NCBI GenBank assembly: GCA_964187785.1
Contig: OZ076409.1
Location: forward strand, 23,622,001 to 23,686,000
Direction: 5' to 3'
Source of the DNA: Amphiscolops sp. MND2022
Taxonomy: Eukaryota
Length of the DNA: 64,000 nucleotides
This document shows, piece after piece, positions 24,201-39,400 of this stretch; the stretch's first letter is position 1; every line of letters begins with the position of its first letter. The notes beneath the pieces were generated by a model. That model saw only the letters and a list, made by a program, of their open reading frames with translations, did not search any database and was not told the origin of the DNA. The translations under genes and the position numbers were made by a program.

Positions 24201-27200
24201 ATTGAGCAGCAACGTTTCTGAGACATTGGGTACTATCAATGAGGTAGACAGCGTGTCCATACAAGGCCCAGTGTATTTGGATAACTTCAATTGCGACTTA
24301 TTTGTCACTGTTTCGCACGATGGATACACGGCTTACGATTTGGGAGAACAAGGATTTCAGCACCTATGGGGAGGGATCCGTGCCACCCATGGAGTGAAAT
24401 ACGGGAAGGTACGGTTTTAAGATTTTCAACTAGCGTGATCTCTTGAAGGTTTTAGCTTTTTCATACGTGAACAAGTGACAGTGTAATCTCAATATTCTAT
24501 TTCCTGTTTTCAGACTGGCTTATATTTCGATTTTCAGACAACAATCTCCAACATGTGTAATTACTGATTGGCCCAAAATCGAGGTCAAAAATCGTTTTGA
24601 ATGAGGAAAGTGATTATTTTTGGTTTTCTGCAGATAATATCCCAACAGTATTTTATATATTTAATTTTGGAGTGATTTACCTTAAACAACCTACTTTAAA
24701 GCAGCCTACCTTTTTACAAATTGTGATTCGTTTTGCCAGTAGCCCATAATATTTAGCACAGTTTTCATTTCACAATTTGTTAGTACCGTGTTTGCTTTGG
24801 TCTTTTTTGCGATTTTTTTCCAAAATTCCCTTTTTGGCAAAACCCAGTTGGCAAAACCAAGTCCTTGACCCATAAATACAGGCAACTTCATACCCTTCAA
24901 CAACAAGACCTTGTGCAACAAAACCAAATAATATGCTATTGTTACTATTAGGGTTAAAATTGTTAGGGTTGAAATTTCATTTTTACACTTGCGATAAGCA
25001 AGTGTTATGGGAAAGTGCGGGTGCTTTTTTTTCCGCGCGACAACTCTCGTTTCAGACCGCAAGTCGCATAGTCTGAATTTGTGGCCGTGCAAGTCGCAAC
25101 TTCTGGCACTTGGCATAGAGGTTAATTAGGATTTTTTAACTAGGACGTGGGTTCGAGTCTCGCTCTTGACCAAAATTTTTTGTGCATGTTATTTCTGCTT
25201 TGTGAGACTTTTTTTCGCAAATTCTTTCAATGTCCCCAAAGGGTCCCCCTTCATTTTTTCTATTTTGCAAAAGAATTTGCCGGAGACCTTCATCAAAAAT
25301 TTTCGAAAATTTTTTTCCTCAATTTTTTGTTTTTTAGGTTTACGGTTGAGAAAGATGGGTTTTTTGTTGTTTCCAGTTGGAGAAGAATTGTTTTCGAAAT
25401 GTATGGGTATCCCTTCGGGATTTTTTGGCGTGATGAAATTTTAACAATAATGTCCTTTTAGCCTTGGCTCTCCGTATGATATTGCTTATTTGGGTTTCTT
25501 CAAAAGTTCGCAACTTTCTTCGCAAGTGTTTGCGAAGCACGGCTTCGCCTCTGTGTAATTTTTAGGTAGCATTTGAGGTAAAGTTGGAGCAAAATCTGCC
25601 GGTTGAGTTTGAAGAGTCAGAAAAGAACCAAGGAGGAGCGCCCCACGTGACGAGAGTGGGTTGGTCGGAAGATTTCACGGATTTGCAGTTAGGCGAAGTT
25701 GCCAACAGCTATGGCTATGGTGGAACTGCCAAGAAGAGCCATCGCAGACAATTCCATGACTACGGAATCAAGTTTGGCGTCGGCGATGTCGTCACTTGCT
25801 ACTTGGGTAAGGGTAAACTTTTAGAAAGTATCCAAATATTAATGTTAATTGAAGCCTATCATCTATATGACGTCAATTTGCCGCATTTTCAAGCTTGTAT
25901 TTCTACATTCTCATCTTGGAAACTATGTTTTGTTTCAATTCTTAAATTTGCAGACAAGCGAGACGATGGGAGCGCTGAGATTAGTTATGCAGTGAATGGA
26001 AGATTTCTTGGATATGCTTTCCAGATTTGTGCATCAAACAAACCGCTCTTTCCTCACGTCAGCATGAAAAACATGAAATTCACGGTTGGTTCAGTCAAAA
26101 AGTTTTCAATTAGAGCATTTCATATGTATCAGCAGCTGTTTAATCACTTTGTCTCGTAGGTCAACTTTGGAGCATACGAAAATTACTTCCCTTTGGAGAA
26201 TGGGTTTGAGATGGTCGATTACTGTCAGCATTTGGCTCCCGGGTTCAAATCGGGGGATTTCGCCGAGGATTACGAGTGGATAATGCTGGTTGGGTTGCCT
26301 GCGGCAGGTAAGTCTAAATGCAACGGGTCACAGTCAGTGTTTTAAACTCTCGAAACTCTGCCACTTATCGCTCAACTTTATGCAGCTTATCGGTTAAGCG
26401 GTGTCTGTCGCTCACGAAAAAGCTGAATATCGGAAAAATCAACTTTTTAACAAAAATTGAACGGGACCATGTTTCCCTAATTCAGCTAAGGTGCACCTTG
26501 CAACGTATTTACCACCACCTCCCCAAACACGAAAACTACATTCCTGAAAAAATTCTGGCACGAATAACGATATCTTTGTTTAAAAATTTTAAGAATAGCA
26601 GTTTGACTACAGAATAGCTGTCCTGAATAGCAGTTTCACGCCTGAAACAAGCCAAAATTATCAAAAAAGGCCTCTATTTTAACGCATGTTAAAATAAAAT
26701 GAGCACCTGTTAACTGTGAATCAATGTAAAATATAGGATTGAATATAGAAAACAACTCGTCAAAAATTCTCCGCCGGAAAACAGTAAGTACTTTAGAAAA
26801 TTATATCAGCCAAATATAGTTCCAATTTTGTGATAGTATTGTTATTAAGTTCTAAATTACCATAGGTAATCTTTACTCTGGAATTATTCGGCGAGTTTAC
26901 ACTCTATTATTCGACGAGTTAATCTTCAACCGGTTTTCCGCCCTTCAATTTCGACGAGTTGCATTCGGCAAGTTGTTTTCGACTAGTTTTCCGCATACCT
27001 ATAGGATTATGCGGCCTCAATTATTTTATCGTATCGAATTTTCATCCCAAATGATGTCGACATAATGGTATTTGAACCTCGATTCTTATTTAATGCAACG
27101 GGGGAGGTGTTTAAGAAAAGATGGTCAATTGAACAATGCCGTTAAAATTACTTTTACTTTGAATGCTGCGGTAAAATTTAAATTCGCTGAAGTTTGCTGA

Positions 27201-29749
27201 GTTTTTGTTTGAAAGGTATCTCCTCACGCTTATTTTCGCGTTTGCGCTATAAGGGTGTAAATCACTGATCACCGTATACTTTGCTGACATGTACAAAAAT
27301 ACTTATCAGTGGCATGATAAAGTTCGGTGTCATTGAAACTTTTCCTTTGAGTCCTTACGTTTCAGGTAAAACTACTTACATCGAAGATTTCGTGAAGAAG
27401 CATCCTGAGAAGAAATACGTGGTGCTAGGAACCAATTCCATAATGGAGAAAATGAGAGTGTGCAATCTTTTCCGCAAATTCAATTATCACGAGCGGTTTG
27501 AGAAGCTCTTCCAACTCGCAAACGAAATTTTGAAATTGGTAAGTGACATATATCTGTGCTTTCTGAACTGTTAATCTTATTCGTTTTTAGTTAACTCTAT
27601 GATTTTCAGTTGATGAAGTTCTCAGAACGAAAGCTCAGAAACTACATTTTGGATCAAACCAATGTGTTTCAATCTGCCAGGATTCGAAAGAAGAAATTTT
27701 ATGAAGGGTAAGATGTTCATCTGTAATTGCCCATGTATCTAGATATATCAGAAATTCGACATGCGGATTTTGAAATTTTATAGTATAACCAATTTGTTAT
27801 TTCAATATTTTTACCATCAATTATCGCTTCATATTTCGCCGTATGTTGAGATTTAATATGACCAGTTCTCAATGGTTTGTAAGCTAAAATATTGCCTTTA
27901 TTTAACATTGCATGGCGTTGCTGCTGTTTTCTGTTGTAATTGAACTTTTCTATGTGCCTGTTACAGATACCAATGTCACTGCTACGTATTTGTGTGCAAC
28001 GCAGAAGAGCTAGAAAGAAGAACCGTGAAAACTGGCCGTGAGTCGGGCAAATGGGTGCCTGTCAATGCTGTGATGAATATGAAGAAAAATTTCAAACTGC
28101 CTGATGAAAGTGAGAGGTGGCGATCTATCAGCTACGTCGAAGAAAACGAAGAATCGTCTCGGGTAAATAATCGTCTCTAAAAATAACTAAGACAGTAGAG
28201 GTTGAATAATCTGGACGAAAAAAAACATCACTGAACGTTGCTAAAAGGGTAAATCAGTTATGATTCTGAATATTAAAAACTTTAGCATGTCGTGTTTTTG
28301 AGGGAGATTTCAGTTTTTCATCATCGATTTTCATTCATTATCTTTTTTTTTCGTTTTTCGGTTGATCCACGCGATTTTTTAGTGGACAATTTTCTTGAAA
28401 AGAGCCGACTATAGTCATGGCTTTTCGTCAGTGTTTTTTTTCGATACACCTGAAGTGACCAAAAAATAGTTCTACCAAAAGTTATACAAAATTTTAAATT
28501 TCACCTGTTGTCCCAGGGAACTGAACCAAAAAGATTTTTCCTTTTTTCCGCGTACCACATTACCTGGCGAGACTAAAGGGTCCCCCTTTCATTTTTGTTC
28601 GGCATTGTGGGACTTTTTTCGATTTTTTCCACCAAAGGGTCCCCCTTCAATTTTTTTGGAGTTTTGCGACAGAATGAATGTTGAAAATCCTAAAGGGACC
28701 TCCCTTTTTTTGGCAGTGAGACTTTTAAAATTTTTTTCATAAAAGGATCTGCAATTCACCAATACTTTGACATTTTGAAGTCCTTTTGCTATTTTTGTGC
28801 CTTAGATATGGCGCCGACTTGGGCCGGTCCCGGCTTGTTTATTGATGACATTGGTTTAATGCCATTATGAAGCTCTTTGTTTTAGATCATCGTGGCTGCG
28901 TTCAACAAAGAAGCCAATCTATTCTACAGAAATGGAGAAAACAATTTGGCGGAGAATAACGAAGTTCCTCATCCGAAGTATAAAAAAATGATTGAAGATG
29001 ATCCCCGTGGTGTGAACGACGGACCGCCACTTAGTCGCAAAACACCTTCCGCAATGTTGAGAGAAACCTCTAATGACTTCAGTATACAGTCCAAACGACC
29101 ACGCTTCGAGTCAAATTCGTCATTTGCCGGTTCCATGGGAAGAGAATCAGGCTCCACTGCTGATAATAACTCAGAATATCTCATGACGTCTCGATTTTCA
29201 GCATCTATGTCTAAGCCTCAAGCACCTCCCAGTCAAAGTTCTACTCAAAATCGAACTGTGATTATGGGGCTTGAAGTGAAGCAAGAGCCTCGAGACTTCT
29301 CCAATAGTTCGTACCCCAAGATGAGCAATGAGTATCCGGCACGACCCGGACTCGGACCAGATATGTCCAAGTTTGAGTCTGGTTTCATACCTGAAGTAAA
29401 GAAAGAAGCTCCTCCATTTGCCAGCCGGAAACCACCGTTCCCATTGGCCAGAGGTATGCGTTTGGATTCCCTGTCTACCATCGGCGAAGAGCATTTTCCA
29501 GAAAATAGAGATCAACCGCCATATGGGCAACAGCCGTATTACGGGGAACAGACTGGTTTTAAAAGGGAAGCCCCTGCTTATGGTAGTAAATATCAACGCT
29601 TTCCTGGTGAATATCAGAACGTCTCTGATCGCAATAACTTCCCCGAATTGCCCTTCGATGGTGGCTTGAAACAGGAGCCACCGTTTCCATATTCACAACC
29701 TACTCATTCGCCTTATTATAGAGGTGGCAACAATCGCTATGGGTACTGA
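21278..29749 (+). CDS. HNRNPUL1: hnRNP U-like protein (SPRY/B30.2 + P-loop, low-complexity termini)
   Basis: Nine exons, all junctions phase-consistent: 21278-21957, 24198-24408, 25566-25806, 25954-26084, 26160-26307, 27366-27538, 27610-27707, 27967-28162 and 28886-29749. SPRY motifs: LDNFNCDL, LWGGIRATHGV, RVGWS, LGE..SYGY, PLFPHV..KN..VNFG. P-loop motifs: MLVGLPAAGKTT, LGTNSIMEKM, RNYILDQTNV, VMNMKKNFKLP. The paralogue call (HNRNPU, UL1 or UL2) is uncertain. Confidence 0.92.
22963..23470 (-). mobile_element. Repeat family A, copy 2 (inverted)
   Basis: CCCAAGTCGGCGCCATATCTAAGGCTCAAAA followed by GGGGACCC repeats; colinear reverse complement of 28400-28839. Confidence 0.65.
25104..25172 (+). 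repeat. tRNA-derived SINE-head-like remnant
   Basis: A-box-like TGGCATAGAGG (25111) and B-box GGGTTCGAGTCTC, with a T-arm that can pair. Acceptor and anticodon stems do not pair. Confidence 0.3.
28400..28839 (+). mobile_element. Repeat family A, copy 3
   Basis: GGGTCCCC repeats; 3' end CTTAGATATGGCGCCGACTTGGGCCGGTCCCGGCTTGTT. Confidence 0.65.
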
Positions 29750-30464
29750 GATATCTAGACATCGGTTCTCTTTCTGAAAAGGCTAAAAATTCGAATGCTT
29801 ATTCAAAGGTTTTGCTCGTCAAGTTTGCTTATTTGATATAATCAGTATTAAAAGTTTGAAAATATATTGAAAGCTTTTCTTTCAAATTTTGGCACGTCTC
29901 TAGTTGTGTTTCCTGCAATATGATGAAATTTGTACTTTCATGTAGATTAATGATACTCTGAAAATATGATGAATTGAAATGCTGAAAGCCAACACTCCGT
30001 TTTACATGTTATAAGTAGAAATTTTGTTGACTTTGATATTCAAATATGATTTTTTCGAGAAATTGTTTGCCTAATGATAATGCTGCTGTTTTGATCTAGA
30101 AGAAAAACGAGCTCAATCTTTTTTCACTATTTCGATTAGTTTCCATTGACATGTGCACTAGTGTAATGAGATACCTTAGTATTTCATAAGGGATGTGCAA
30201 AAACAATTTCACTGCCCCTCGAAGAGTTCTCTTATTCTCTGGAAGGTGGTACATTGCTAATCACAAGATAACATACCTTGCATTTGGGTCTTTCAAGCAT
30301 TGAATACTCTGGTATCTTTTTCGATTAAAAAATCTTTCTGGCTACTTCGATCAGTTTCCATTGGCAAGTGCACTCGTTTTTCATCTCAAACTTTCGTTAA
30401 TGTGTTTTTCTTGATTGCTTGTCCCATTCTCTTCTCCCATTGTTTCTTTTGTAAATAAAAATTA

Positions 30465-33400
30465 GTGATGATCTTGACACCTCTTGTCTGATTACATTTG
30501 ATGCTTTTTTGCTTTTTTGGAAACTGATGTACCGAAAGGCGTTTTCATAGTAATACAACGCTCCTCGGAAATTAGATCTTCAAATTTTTGGATTTCTGTT
30601 TTCTTGCAACAAAGAGGAATTTTGACCGAAATGGATTCGACTTGTATTCGTTCTTTTGCTATCAAAATTTCGTTAGTGGGTTCCTTATTTTTGATTGCTT
30701 GTCGCACTCTCTTCTTGCCATGGTTTCTTTTGTATATCAAAATCTGATATTTTTGAAAACACGAAGGTCTTCCAGTTAATCATGACGAATTATCGTTTTC
30801 TGATATCTTTCATCTGGTGAAGAAGCTTCTGTTCTACGCTCGTGAGAAACAGTCAAGATTTCCATGGTGATCTTGGCACCTCTTGTCTGATAACATTTGA
30901 TGCTGTTTTGAAAACTGAGGTACTGAAAGGCATTTCTATAGTAAAACAACGCTCCTCAGAAATTTGATCTCGATGTCTTCGGTTTTCTGTTTTGCTTGCA
31001 ACACTACATTTAACAGTTTTTGAAAAGGATATTTGACCGACATGGCTTCGAATAGTATTCGTTGTTTTTGATACCAAATTTTCGTTAGTGGGTTACTTGT
31101 TTTTGATTGCTTGTCACACGCTCTTGCCATGGCTTCTTTTGTATATCCAAATCTGGTATGATGAAAACACGACGGTCTTCCAATTTACCATGACGAAATA
31201 TAGAGTTTTCTGATAACTTTCACTTGGTGAAGAAGCTTCTGTTCCACTTGATAAACAGTCAAAAATTCATGATGATCTTTACACCTCTTGTCTGATTACA
31301 CTTGATGCTGTTTTTGAAACTGATCTACTGAGAGGCGTTACCATTGTAAAACGCTCCTCAGCTAGTTGATATCGATGTTTCTGGTTTTCTGTTTTGTTTG
31401 CAACACTACCTCTTCACAGTTTTGAAAAGAGGACTGTTTGACCGACATGGCTTCGAATAGTATTCGTTGTTTTTGATACCAAACTTTCGTTAGTGGGTTA
31501 CTTGTTTCGATTGCTTGTCGCACTCTCTTCTTGCCATGGTTTCTTTTGTATATCAAAATCTGATATGTTGAAAACACGACGGTCTTCCAATTAAACATGA
31601 CGAATTATCGTTTTCTGATATCTTTCATCTGGTGAAGAAGCTTCTGTTCTACGCTCGTGAGAAACAGTCAAGATTTCCATGGTGATCTTGGCACCTCTTG
31701 TCTGATTACACTTGATGCTGTTTTTGAAACTGATCTAATGAAAGGCGTTTCTAGAGTAAAACAACGCTCCTCGGAAATTAGATCTTCAAATTTTGAGATT
31801 TCTGTTTTCTTACAACAAAGAGGAATTTTGACCGATATGGATTGGAACTGTAGTCGTTGTTTTGCTATCAAATTTTCGTTAGTGGGTTCGCTTATTTTTG
31901 ATTGCTTGTCGCACTCTCTTCTTGCCATGGTTTCTTTTGTATATCAAAATCTGATATGATGAAAACACGACGGTCTTCCAATTAACCATGACGAATTCTC
32001 GTTTTCTGATATCTTTCATTGGGTGAAGAAGCTTCTGTTCCACGCTCTTGCGAGACAGTCAAAAATTCCATGATGATCTTGACACCTCTTGTCTGACTAC
32101 ATTTGATGCTGTTTTTGAAACTGATCTACTGAAAGGCGTTTCTAGAGTAAAACAACGCTCCTCGGAAATTAGATCTTCAAATTTTGAGATTTCTGTTTTC
32201 TTGCAACAAAGAGGAATTTTGACCGATATGGATTGGAACTGTAGTCGTTGTTTTGCTATCAAATTTTCGTTAGTGGGTTCCTTATTTTTGATTGCTTGTC
32301 GCACTCTCTTCTTGCCATGGTTTCTTTTGTTTATCAAAATCTGATATGATGAAAACACGACGGTCTTCCAATTAACCATGACGAATTCTCGTTTTCTGAT
32401 ATCTTTCATTGGGTGAAGAAGCTTCTGTTCCACGCTCTTGCGAGACAGTCAAAAATTCCATGATGATCTTGACACCTCTTGTCTGACTACATTTGATGCT
32501 GTTTTTGAAACTGATCTACTGAAAGGCGTTTCTAGAGTAAAACAACGCTCCTCGGAAATTAGATCTTCAAATTTTGAGATTTCTGTTTTCTTGCAACAAA
32601 GAGGAATTTTGACCGATATGGATTGGAACTGTAGTCGTTGTTTTGCTATCAAATTTTCGTTAGTGGGTTCCTTATTTTTGATTGCTTGTCGCACTCTCTG
32701 CTTGCCATGGTTTCTTTTGTATATCAAAATCTGATATGATGAAAACACGACGGTCTTCCAATTAACCATGACGAATTCTCGTTTTCTGATATCTTTCATT
32801 GGGTGAAGAAGCTTCTGTTCCACGCTCTTGCGAGACAGTCAAAAATTCCATGATGATCTTGACACCTCTTGTCTGACTACATTTGATGCTGTTTTTGAAA
32901 CTGATCTACTGAAAGGCGTTTCTAGAGTAAAACAACGCTCCTCGGAAATTAGATCTTCAAATTTTGAGATTTCTGTTTTCTTGCAACAAAGAGGAATTTT
33001 GACCGATATGGATTGGAACTGTAGTCGTTGTTTTGCTATCAAATTTTCGTTAGTGGGTTCCTTATTTTTGATTGCTTGTCGCACTCTCTTCTTGCCATGG
33101 TTTCTTTTGTATATCAAAATCTGATATGATGAAAACACGACGGTCTTCCAATTAACCATGACGAATTCTCGTTTTCTGATATCTTTCATTGGGTGAAGAA
33201 GCTTCTGTTCTACGCTCTTGAGAAACAGTCAAAAATTCCATGATGATCTTGACACCTCTTGTCTGATAACATTTGATGCTGTTTTGAAAACTGAGGTACT
33301 GAAAGGCATTTCTATAGTAAAACAACGCTCCTCAGAAATTTGATCTCGATGTCTTCGGTTTTCTGTTTTGCTTGCAACACTACATTTAACAGATTTGGAA

Positions 33401-36400
33401 AGGAATTTTGACCGACATGGCTTCGAATAGTATTCGTTGTTTTTGATACCAAATTTTCGTTAGTGGAATACTTGTTTCGATTGCTTGTCGCACTCTCTTC
33501 TTGCCATGGTTTCTTTTGTATATCAAAATCTGATATGATGAAAACACGACGGTCTTCCAATTAACCATGACGAATTCTCGTTTTCTGATATCTTTCATTG
33601 GGTGAAGAAGCTTCTGTTCTACGCTCTTGAGAAACAGTCAAAATTTCCATGATGATCTTGACACCTCTTGTCTGATAACATTTGATGCTGTTTTGAAAAC
33701 TGAGGTACTGAAAGGCATTTCTATAGTAAAACAACGCTCCTCAGAAATTTGATCTCGATGTCTTCGGTTTTCTGTTTTGCTTGCAACACTACATTTAACA
33801 GATTTGGAAAGGAATTTTGACCGACATGGCTTCGAATAGTATTCGTTGTTTTTGATACCAAATTTTCGTTAGTGGGTTACTCGTTGGTGATTGCTTGTCA
33901 CACTCTCTTGCCATGGCTTCTTTTGTATATCTTAATCTGGTATGATGAAAACACGACGGTCTTCCAATTTACCATGACGAAATATAGAGTTTTCTGATAA
34001 CTTTCACTTGGTGAAGAAGCTTCTGTTCCACTTGATAAACAGTCAAAAATGCCATGATGATCTTGACACCTCTTGTCTGATTACATTTGATGCTGTTTTC
34101 AGAACTGACATTTTGAAAGGCGTTTCCATAGTAATACAACGCTTTCTCGGAATTTAGATTTTCAAATTTTGGATTTCTGTTGTGCTTGCAACATTACATT
34201 TCACTGTTTCTTAGAAGAGATGTTTCCACCGACATGGATTCGAATTGTATTCGTTGTTTTGCTATCAAATTTTCGTTGGTTCCTTATTTTGATTGCTTGT
34301 CACTCTTTCTTCTTGCCATGGTTTCCTTTGTATATATAAATCTGATATGATCAAAACACGACGGTCTTCCAATTAACCATGACGAAATCTCGTTTTCTGG
34401 TAATTTTCACTCGGCGAAAAATGCTGTTCCCCTCTCGTGAGAAACACTCAAGAATTCCATGGTGATCTTGAGACCTCTTGTCTAAATACATTTGATGCTG
34501 TTTTGAAAACTGATGTACTGAAAGGCGTTTCCATAATAATAATAAAACAAACGCTCCTCAGTATTTTGATCTCGATGTTTTCGGTTTTGTGTTTTGCTTG
34601 CAACACTACATTTAACAGTTTTTGAAAAGGATATTTGACCGACATGGCTTCGAATAGTATTCGTTGTTTTTGATACCAAATTTTCGTTAGTGGGTTACGT
34701 GTTTCGATTGCTTGTCGCACTCTCTTCTTGCCATGGTTTCTTTTGTATATCAAAATCTGATATTTTTGAAAACACGAAGGTCTTCCAGTTAATCATGACG
34801 AATTATCGTTTTCTGATATCTTTCATTTGGTGAAGAAGCTTCTGTTCTACGCTCGTGAGAAACAGTCAAGAATTCCATGGTGATCTTGACACCTCTTGTC
34901 TGATAACATTTGATGCTGTTTTGAAAACTGATTTACTGAAATGCATTTCTATAGTAAAACAACGCTCCTCAGCAATTTGATCTCGATGTTTTCGGTTTTC
35001 TGTTTTGCTTGCAACACTACATTTAACAGTTTTTGGGAAGGAATTTTGACCGACATGGCTTCGAATAGTATTCGTTGTTTTTGGTACCAAATTTTCGTTA
35101 GTGGGTTACTCGTTTGTGATTGCTTGTCACACTCTCTTGCCATGACTTCTTTTGTATATCTTAATCTGATATGATGAAAACACGACGGTCTTCCAATTTA
35201 CCATGTCGAAATATAGAGATTTCTGATAACTTTCACTTGGCGAAGAAGCTTCTGTTCCACTTGATAAACAGTCAAAAATGCCATGATGATCTTGACACCT
35301 CTTGTCTGATTACATTTGATGCTGTTTTGAAAACTGATGACCTGAAAGGCGTTTCCATAGCAATACAAAGCTCTTCCGAAATTCGATCTCAATTGTTTTT
35401 GGTTTCTTCTGTTTTGTTTGCACCACTACATGTTCACAGTTTTGGAAAGGAATGTTTTGACCGACATGACTTCGAAATGTTTCCTTTGTTTTTGATCTCA
35501 AGCTTTCGTTAGTAGGTTTTGCTTTTGATTGCTTGTCGCACTCTCTTCTTGCCATGGTTTCTTTTGTATATCAAAATCTGATATGTTGAAAACACGACGG
35601 TCTTCCAATTAACCATGACGAATTATCGTTTTCTGATATCTTTCATTTGGTGAAGCAGCTTCTGTTCTACGCTCGTGAGAAACAGTCAAGATTTCCATTG
35701 TGATCTTGACACCTCTTGTTTGATTACATTTGATGCTGTTTTGAAAACTGATTTACTGAAAGGCATTTCTATAGTAAAGCAACGCTCCTCAGCAATTTGA
35801 TCTCGATGTTTTCGGTTCTCTGTTTTGCTTGCAACACTACATTTAACAGTTTTTGGAAAGGAATTATGACAGACATGGCTTCGAATAGTATTCGTTGTTT
35901 TTGATACCAAATTTTCGTTAGTGGGTTACTCGTTGGTGATTGCTTGTCACACTCTCTTGCCATGGCTTCTTTTGTATATCTTAATCTGGTATGATGAAAA
36001 CACGACGGTCTTCCAATTTACCATGACGAAATATAGAGTTTTCTGATAACTTTCACTTGGCGAAGAAGCTTCTGTTCCACTTGATAAACAGTCAAAAATT
36101 CCATGATGATCTTGACACCTCTTGTCTGACTACATTTGATGCTGTTTTTGAAACTGATCTACTGAAAGGCGTTTCTAGAGTAAAACAACGCTCCTCGGAA
36201 ATTAGATCTTCAAATTTTGAGATTTCTGTTTTCTTGCAACAAAGAGGAATTTTGACCGATATGGATTGGAACTGTAGTCGTTGTTTTGCTATCAAATTTT
36301 CGTTAGTGGGTTCCTTATTTTTGATTGCTTGTCGCACTCTCTTCTTGCCATGGTTTCTTTTGTATATCAAAATCTGATATGATGAAAACACGACGGTCTT

Positions 36401-39400
36401 CCAATTAACCATGACGAATTCTCGTTTTCTGATATCTTTCATTGGGTGAAGAAGCTTCTGTTCCACGCTCTTGCGAGACAGTCAAAAATTCCATGATGAT
36501 CTTGACACCTCTTGTCTGACTACATTTGATGCTGTTTTTGAAACTGATCTACTGAAAGGCGTTTCTAGAGTAAAACAACGCTCCTCGGAAATTAGATCTT
36601 CAAATTTTGAGATTTCTGTTTTCTTGCAACAAAGAGGAATTTTGACCGATATGGATTGGAACTGTAGTCGTTGTTTTGCTATCAAATTTTCGTTAGTGGG
36701 TTCCTTATTTTTGATTGCTTGTCGCACTCTCTGCTTGCCATGGTTTCTTTTGTATATCAAAATCTGATATGATGAAAACACGACGGTCTTCCAATTAACC
36801 ATGACGAATTCTCGTTTTCTGATATCTTTCATTGGGTGAAGAAGCTTCTGTTCCACGCTCTTGCGAGACAGTCAAAAACTCCATGATGATCTTGACACCT
36901 CTTGTCTGACTACATTTGATGCTGTTTTTGAAACTGATCTACTGAAAGGCGTTTCTAGAGTAAAACAACGCTCCTCGGAAATTAGATCTTCAAATTTTGA
37001 GATTTCTGTTTTCTTGCAACAAAGAGGAATTTTGACCGATATGGATTGGAACTGTAGTCGTTGTTTTGCTATCAAATTTTCGTTAGTGGGTTCCTTATTT
37101 TTGATTGCTTGTCGCACTCTCTTCTTGCCATGGTTTCTTTTGTATATCAAAATCTGATATGATGAAAACACGACGGTCTTCCAATTAACCATGACGAATT
37201 CTCGTTTTCTGATATCTTTCATTGGGTGAAGAAGCTTCTGTTCTACGCTCTTGAGAAACAGTCAAAAATTCCATGATGATCTTGACACCTCTTGTCTGAT
37301 AACATTTGATGCTGTTTTGAAAACTGAGGTACTGAAAGGCATTTCTATAGTAAAACAACGCTCCTCAGAAATTTGATCTCGATGTCTTCGGTTTTCTGTT
37401 TTGCTTGCAACACTACATTTAACAGATTTGGAAAGGAATTTTGACCGACATGGCTTCGAATAGTATTCGTTGTTTTTGATACCAAATTTTCGTTAGTGGA
37501 ATACTTGTTTCGATTGCTTGTCGCACTCTCTTCTTGCCATGGTTTCTTTTGTATATCAAAATCTGATATGTTGAAAACACGACGGTCTTCCAATTAAACA
37601 TGACGAATTATCGTTTTCTGATATCTTTCATTTGGTGAAGAAGCTTCTGTTCTACGCTCGTGAGAAACAGTCAAGATTTCCATGGTGATCTTGGCACCTC
37701 TTGTCTGATTACATTTGGTGCTGTTTTGGAAACTGATTTACTGAAAGGCATTTCTATAGTAAAACAACGCTCCTCAGCAATTTGATCTCGATGTTTTCGG
37801 TTCTCTGTTTTGCTTGCAACACTACATTTAACAGTTTTTGGAAAGGAATTATGACCGACATGGCTTCGAATAGTATTCGTTGTTTTTGATACCAAATTTT
37901 CGTTAGTGGGTTCCTTATTTTTGATTGCTTGTCGCACTCTCTTCTTGCCATGGTTTCTTTTGTATATCAAAATCTGATATGATGAAAACACGACGGTCTT
38001 CCAATTAACCATGACGAATTCTCGTTTTCTGATATCTTTCATTGGGTGAAGAAGCTTCTGTTCTACGCTCTTGAGAAACAGTCAAAATTTCCATGATGAT
38101 CTTGACACCTCTTGTCTGATAACATTTGATGCTGTTTTGAAAACTGAGGTACTGAAAGGCATTTCTATAGTAAAACAACGCTCCTCAGAAATTTGATCTC
38201 GATGTCTTCGGTTTTCTGTTTTGCTTGCAACACTACATTTAACAGATTTGGAAAGGAATTTTGACCGACATGGCTTCGAATAGTATTCGTTGTTTTTGAT
38301 ACCAAATTTTCGTTAGTGGGTTACTCGTTGGTGATTGCTTGTCACACTCTCTTGCCATGGCTTCTTTTGTATATCTTAATCTGGTATGATGAAAACACGA
38401 CGGTCTTCCAATTTACCATGACGAAATATAGAGTTTTCTGATAACTTTCACTTGGTGAAGAAGCTTCTGTTCCACTTGATAAACAGTCAAAAATGCCATG
38501 ATGATCTTGACACCTCTTGTCTGATTACATTTGATGCTGTTTTCAGAACTGACATTTTGAAAGGCGTTTCCATAGTAATACAACGCTTTCTCGGAATTTA
38601 GATTTTCAAATTTTGGATTTCTGTTGTGCTTGCAACATTACATTTCACTGTTTCTTAGAAGAGATGTTTCCACCGACATGGATTCGAATTGTATTCGTTG
38701 TTTTGCTATCAAATTTTCGTTGGTTCCTTATTTTGATTGCTTGTCACTCTTTCTTCTTGCCATGGTTTCCTTTGTATATATAAATCTGATATGATCAAAA
38801 CACGACGGTCTTCCAATTAACCATGACGAAATCTCGTTTTCTGGTAATTTTCACTCGGCGAAAAATGCTGTTCCCCTCTCGTGAGAAACACTCAAGAATT
38901 CCATGGTGATCTTGAGACCTCTTGTCTAAATACATTTGATGCTGTTTTGAAAACTGATGTACTGAAAGGCGTTTCCATAATAATAATAAAACAAACGCTC
39001 CTCAGTATTTTGATCTCGATGTTTTCGGTTTTGTGTTTTGCTTGCAACACTACATTTAACAGTTTTTGAAAAGGATATTTGACCGACATGGCTTCGAATA
39101 GTATTCGTTGTTTTTGATACCAAATTTTCGTTAGTGGGTTACGTGTTTCGATTGCTTGTCGCACTCTCTTCTTGCCATGGTTTCTTTTGTATATCAAAAT
39201 CTGATATGTTGAAAACACGACGGTCTTCCAATTAACCATGACGAATTATCGTTTTCTGATATCTTTCATTTGGTGAAAAAGCTTCTGTTCTACGCTCGTG
39301 AGAAACAGTCAAGATTTCCATGGTGATCTTGACACCTCTTGTCTGATTACATTTGATGCTGTTTTGAAAACTGATTTACTGAAATGCATTTCTATAGTAG

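Noticed and set aside
25104-25172. Functional tRNA gene
   Set aside because: A- and B-box-like motifs are present but the acceptor and anticodon stems do not pair; at most a SINE-like remnant.
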